Shown here: piece after piece, positions 61,363-64,000 of the stretch
Position numbering within the stretch: position 1 is the first letter of the stretch
Layout of the letters: each line of letters starts with the position of its first letter
Source of the DNA: an uncultured Verrucomicrobiae bacterium
GTDB lineage: Bacteria > Verrucomicrobiota > Verrucomicrobiia > Palsa-1439
Assembly: GCA_963842185.1 (NCBI GenBank)
Contig: CAWJFL010000022.1
Location: 15,642 to 79,641 of the forward strand
DNA: 64,000 nucleotides
Direction: 5' to 3'
Made by a program: the position numbers and the translations under genes
The notes under the pieces: generated by a model
What the model was told of the DNA's origin: nothing
Databases searched by the model: none
Seen by the model: only the letters and a program-made list of their open reading frames with translations

Positions 61363-62103
61363 TCAGTGCGGCTCGCTCGCTGTGTTAATCATGCTGTCGA
61401 TGACTTTCTCACTCACGCCGCTTTGCTTCAGGTCGATGATCTCAGCGGTCGTCAAATGATACACCGCTTGCGAGTTGTGGATCTGGCTGAGAATGACTTC
61501 GTCACCGACCCCCGCCGATACCAACGCTTTCACCTCCGCCAGGGCGCGCGCTTGACTCGCTTCGCCTTGCGGAATTGATTGCGGCTGTACATTCGCTGTC
61601 GCGGGTGGAGGAGGCGGCGTACTGTAGACTGTTTGCGGAGGATTATACACCGGCGTCGGGTCGTCGTAATAATCGTTCGGGTAGTCGTACCCATAGTACG
61701 GGTAGCTATAGTAGTACGGATAGCCGTAGCCGCAATAATACGGCCAGCCATATCCGCACCATGAATAGCCGCCCCAGCCCCAGCCACCATACCCATAACG
61801 CCCGTACCGGCCGCCGTACCCACCGTAATAACCACGGCCGCGGTACCCGCCGCCGTAATAGCCGCCGCGGTGGAAACCACCACGGAATCCACCGCGCTCA
61901 CCAAATCCGCCGCGTCCTCCGAATCCGCCGCGTCCTCCGAATCCACCTTGACCGCCGCCACCGTGCCCACCCCCACCGCCTCCGCCATGGCCGCCTCCGC
62001 CGTGCCCACCGCCGCCACCGAAGGCAAACGCTGGCGTGGAACCCAAAACGCTTAGGCTGACGGCAACCATTGCCACACCGATAAGTCTGGCTGCTTGTTT
62101 CAT
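61363..62103 (-). CDS. Exported Gly/Arg/Tyr-rich low-complexity protein with small helical C-terminal domain
   Basis: Signal peptide ending AFA, GGFGGR repeats, GY/PY-rich tract, C-terminal LTTAEIIDLKQSGVSEKVI. Confidence 0.75.
   Translation of the reverse strand: MKQAARLIGVAMVAVSLSVLGSTPAFAFGGGGGHGGGGHGGGGGGGHGGGGQGGFGGRGGFGGRGGFGERGGFRGGFHRGGYYGGGYRGRGYYGGYGGRYGRYGYGGWGWGGYSWCGYGWPYYCGYGYPYYYSYPYYGYDYPNDYYDDPTPVYNPPQTVYSTPPPPPATANVQPQSIPQGEASQARALAEVKALVSAGVGDEVILSQIHNSQAVYHLTTAEIIDLKQSGVSEKVIDSMINTASEPH
61896..61950 (-). repeat. 18-bp tandem repeat encoding GGFGGR
   Basis: aatccgccgcgtcctccg units repeated. Confidence 0.75.
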
Positions 62104-62612
62104 CGCGCACTCCTTTCTGTTGTCAGTCCATCAGGTTGCCCACCGCGTGGTGCAGTGTTGGCTTGCGGTTTGGGCTCCCGGGCCTGTTGGATGGCTTCCT
62201 TCAGGACTGACGTGGCGCCAGCGCCATATCCCGAGACGAATCCTCGACGAAAATCGTCGCGTCCATTGAGCGGCGCATCCATGACGTTGGCACGCATATA
62301 TTCGATTAGCCAATTCTGGGAAACGGTCTTCAACCGCAATGCCTTGCCGGAGTCGTAGCCGAGCACCAGGAACTCGCGACCGTAATATGGCGGATACTCC
62401 GCTGCAGAAGGATCTAAATAGGCCCTGGGCGGGTTGTCCTCGTAGTAATACGACGGCTGATAACACTCGTAGTCGTCGCCATAATAAGCAGGCGGCTCCC
62501 CAACGCCTCCACCAAATCCTCCGCCACCTCTCGCGTTGGCGGGGCAGACTGCGGCCAACATCAGTGCTGCAACTACTGCGGCGATAGAACCAACGTCCGT
62601 TTTCATGTTCAA
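62100..62612 (-). CDS. Exported hypothetical protein with Gly- and Tyr-rich N-terminus
   Basis: Signal peptide ending ANA, RGGGGFGGG, YY-rich; ATGA overlap with the next gene. Confidence 0.65.
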   Translation of the reverse strand: MNMKTDVGSIAAVVAALMLAAVCPANARGGGGFGGGVGEPPAYYGDDYECYQPSYYYEDNPPRAYLDPSAAEYPPYYGREFLVLGYDSGKALRLKTVSQNWLIEYMRANVMDAPLNGRDDFRRGFVSGYGAGATSVLKEAIQQAREPKPQANTAPRGGQPDGLTTERSAR

Positions 62613-62909
62613 TCACCTCGTCAAATCTACTCGATTTGTTGCATCCGCATAGTCGATGCCACGTAACAAACAATCTGTTGCAACTGGCTACTGGTCAGAG
62701 ATATAGAATCCAGCCGGCACATACACACAGTTCAGGTTGTTGGCCAGTTTGGCAGTCTTTTGGCGGATGAACTATGCCTCTCTGGCAAAGCACGCTGGAG
62801 AATTTTAGACAGTCAGCAGACGGATCCAGCGCTTCACAATTTACTGCCCCGGACTCATCTCCACATTCCCGCCACCTTCATTGTCCAGCCTCCCTGCCAC
62901 ACCGGGCGG

Positions 62910-63325
62910 CTAGAGGTTCTTCGACAGTTTCTTGAGCAACAGCAACAGATCGGTGTTGGTGACGATCCCGACGAGCTTGCCGCCGTCGATGACGGGAACG
63001 CAACTAATGGCCAGACCCAGGATCAGGTCGAGCGCCAGACCCAAATCGTGATCGGGCGCAACGGTGGCGGGCTCGGCCGTCATGACATCGCGGGCTTTGA
63101 GCGCGTCGTCGATGTGATATTCCGCAGGACTCTGCGGTGCTTCTTGAAGATGACGGCGACATTCAGCAGATCGCGGTCCGAAACAATGCCCACGAGTTGA
63201 TTGTCCCGGTTGACGACCGGCAAGTGGCGGAGGCGGTGGGTCCGCATCAACTCATACGCGTCCTTGGCCGGCGTGTCCTCACCGATCGTCACGACGTTGG
63301 ACTGCATCAATTCGCGGATCTTCAC
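62910..63325 (-). CDS. CBS-domain pair protein, with one frameshift (~63140)
   Basis: CBS1 RHLPVV...LVGIVSDRDL; CBS2 (DVMT..P.TV...SCVPVIDGGKLVGIVTNTDL) continues in a shifted frame to TAG 62910. Confidence 0.8.
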
Positions 63326-63394
63326 CTGACACCTCCGCCGCGCATTGTAACAAATCGATGGCCGCTTGGGAAGGTGCCCGGGTCGAACGCGGCC

Positions 63395-64000
63395 CTACGG
63401 CGCGGTAACGACGGCACAACCGTGGACGAAGTTGGTCGCGGCGACGTTGAAGGCGGCGACCTGATACGCGTAGGTCACGCCCGGCTGGGCCGTGCTGTCC
63501 GCGTAACTGGTGGCGCCCTGCCCGACCTCGTCAATCAGGTCGAAGGAACCGACAGCACCGTTGGACTTTTCCGCGCGCTCGATCAAGAAGCCCTGCTCGT
63601 TGTCCGACCGGTCTGTCCAATTCAAGTCCACCGTTCCCACTCCCGCAGGTTTCGCTGTCAACCGGCTCGGCGCGGCGGGCGCCGTCACGAGTTGCGGGCC
63701 AATCTGCTGGACCGCGGCCAGGTAATCCACGCGCCCATGGCCGGCCCAATCGGCTCCGACATTGGGCGTCGAGTTCGTGTCGGCGCCGAGATACGTCGTC
63801 GCGTTCAGGATGACCGTCACAATCGCATCGGGACCGATCGACCCCCCCAGCCCGAGTTGCTCGGCTCGGGATAACAGCAACGCCGCTTCACCGGCCACCA
63901 ACGGCGAGGCAAACGACGTGCCGTTGCCGACAAAATACGTCGCGCTGCCGGCCGTGCCCATCCCGTTGTTCTGGTCGGTCAGACTCAGCACCGCCGTGCT
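63395..64000 (-). CDS. S8 subtilase C-terminus with fibronectin type III domain (5' end outside the window)
   Basis: GTSFASPLVAG catalytic-serine motif, G.GRVD, then APSRL.A...LNWTDRSDNEQGF.IER...YAYQVAAFN. Confidence 0.88.
   Translation of the reverse strand, partial: STAVLSLTDQNNGMGTAGSATYFVGNGTSFASPLVAGEAALLLSRAEQLGLGGSIGPDAIVTVILNATTYLGADTNSTPNVGADWAGHGRVDYLAAVQQIGPQLVTAPAAPSRLTAKPAGVGTVDLNWTDRSDNEQGFLIERAEKSNGAVGSFDLIDEVGQGATSYADSTAQPGVTYAYQVAAFNVAATNFVHGCAVVTAP

Overview
A GC-rich bacterial chromosomal window; gene style (RRM protein, many GT-C proteins, cytoplasmic/exported hypotheticals) suggests a PVC/Verrucomicrobia-like organism, which is inference only. Core genes: homospermidine synthase plus ornithine decarboxylase, metH, lysA, argH, argG, pepA, purC, a cold-shock protein, an RRM protein, FKBP, and two-component genes. 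metH has a SAM-I/IV riboswitch leader with a terminator/antiterminator. An accessory island (about 24.6-30.4 kb) holds structured non-coding DNA, decayed SRAP and SIR2 gene fragments, and a complete 3,916-bp IS1595-family element (26192-30107; terminal inverted repeats, 8-bp TTCCTATT target duplication) carrying passenger genes including an outer-membrane beta-barrel. A 17-kb glycosylation locus (38.4-55.2 kb) encodes up to five polytopic GT-C-like proteins, two GT2s, a GT9, two methyltransferases and dTDP-sugar enzymes. Several genes (hss, the decarboxylase, metH, lysA, a CBS gene) are split by single-base indels in short G/C runs, most likely sequencing error. No rRNA, tRNA or CRISPR array was seen.
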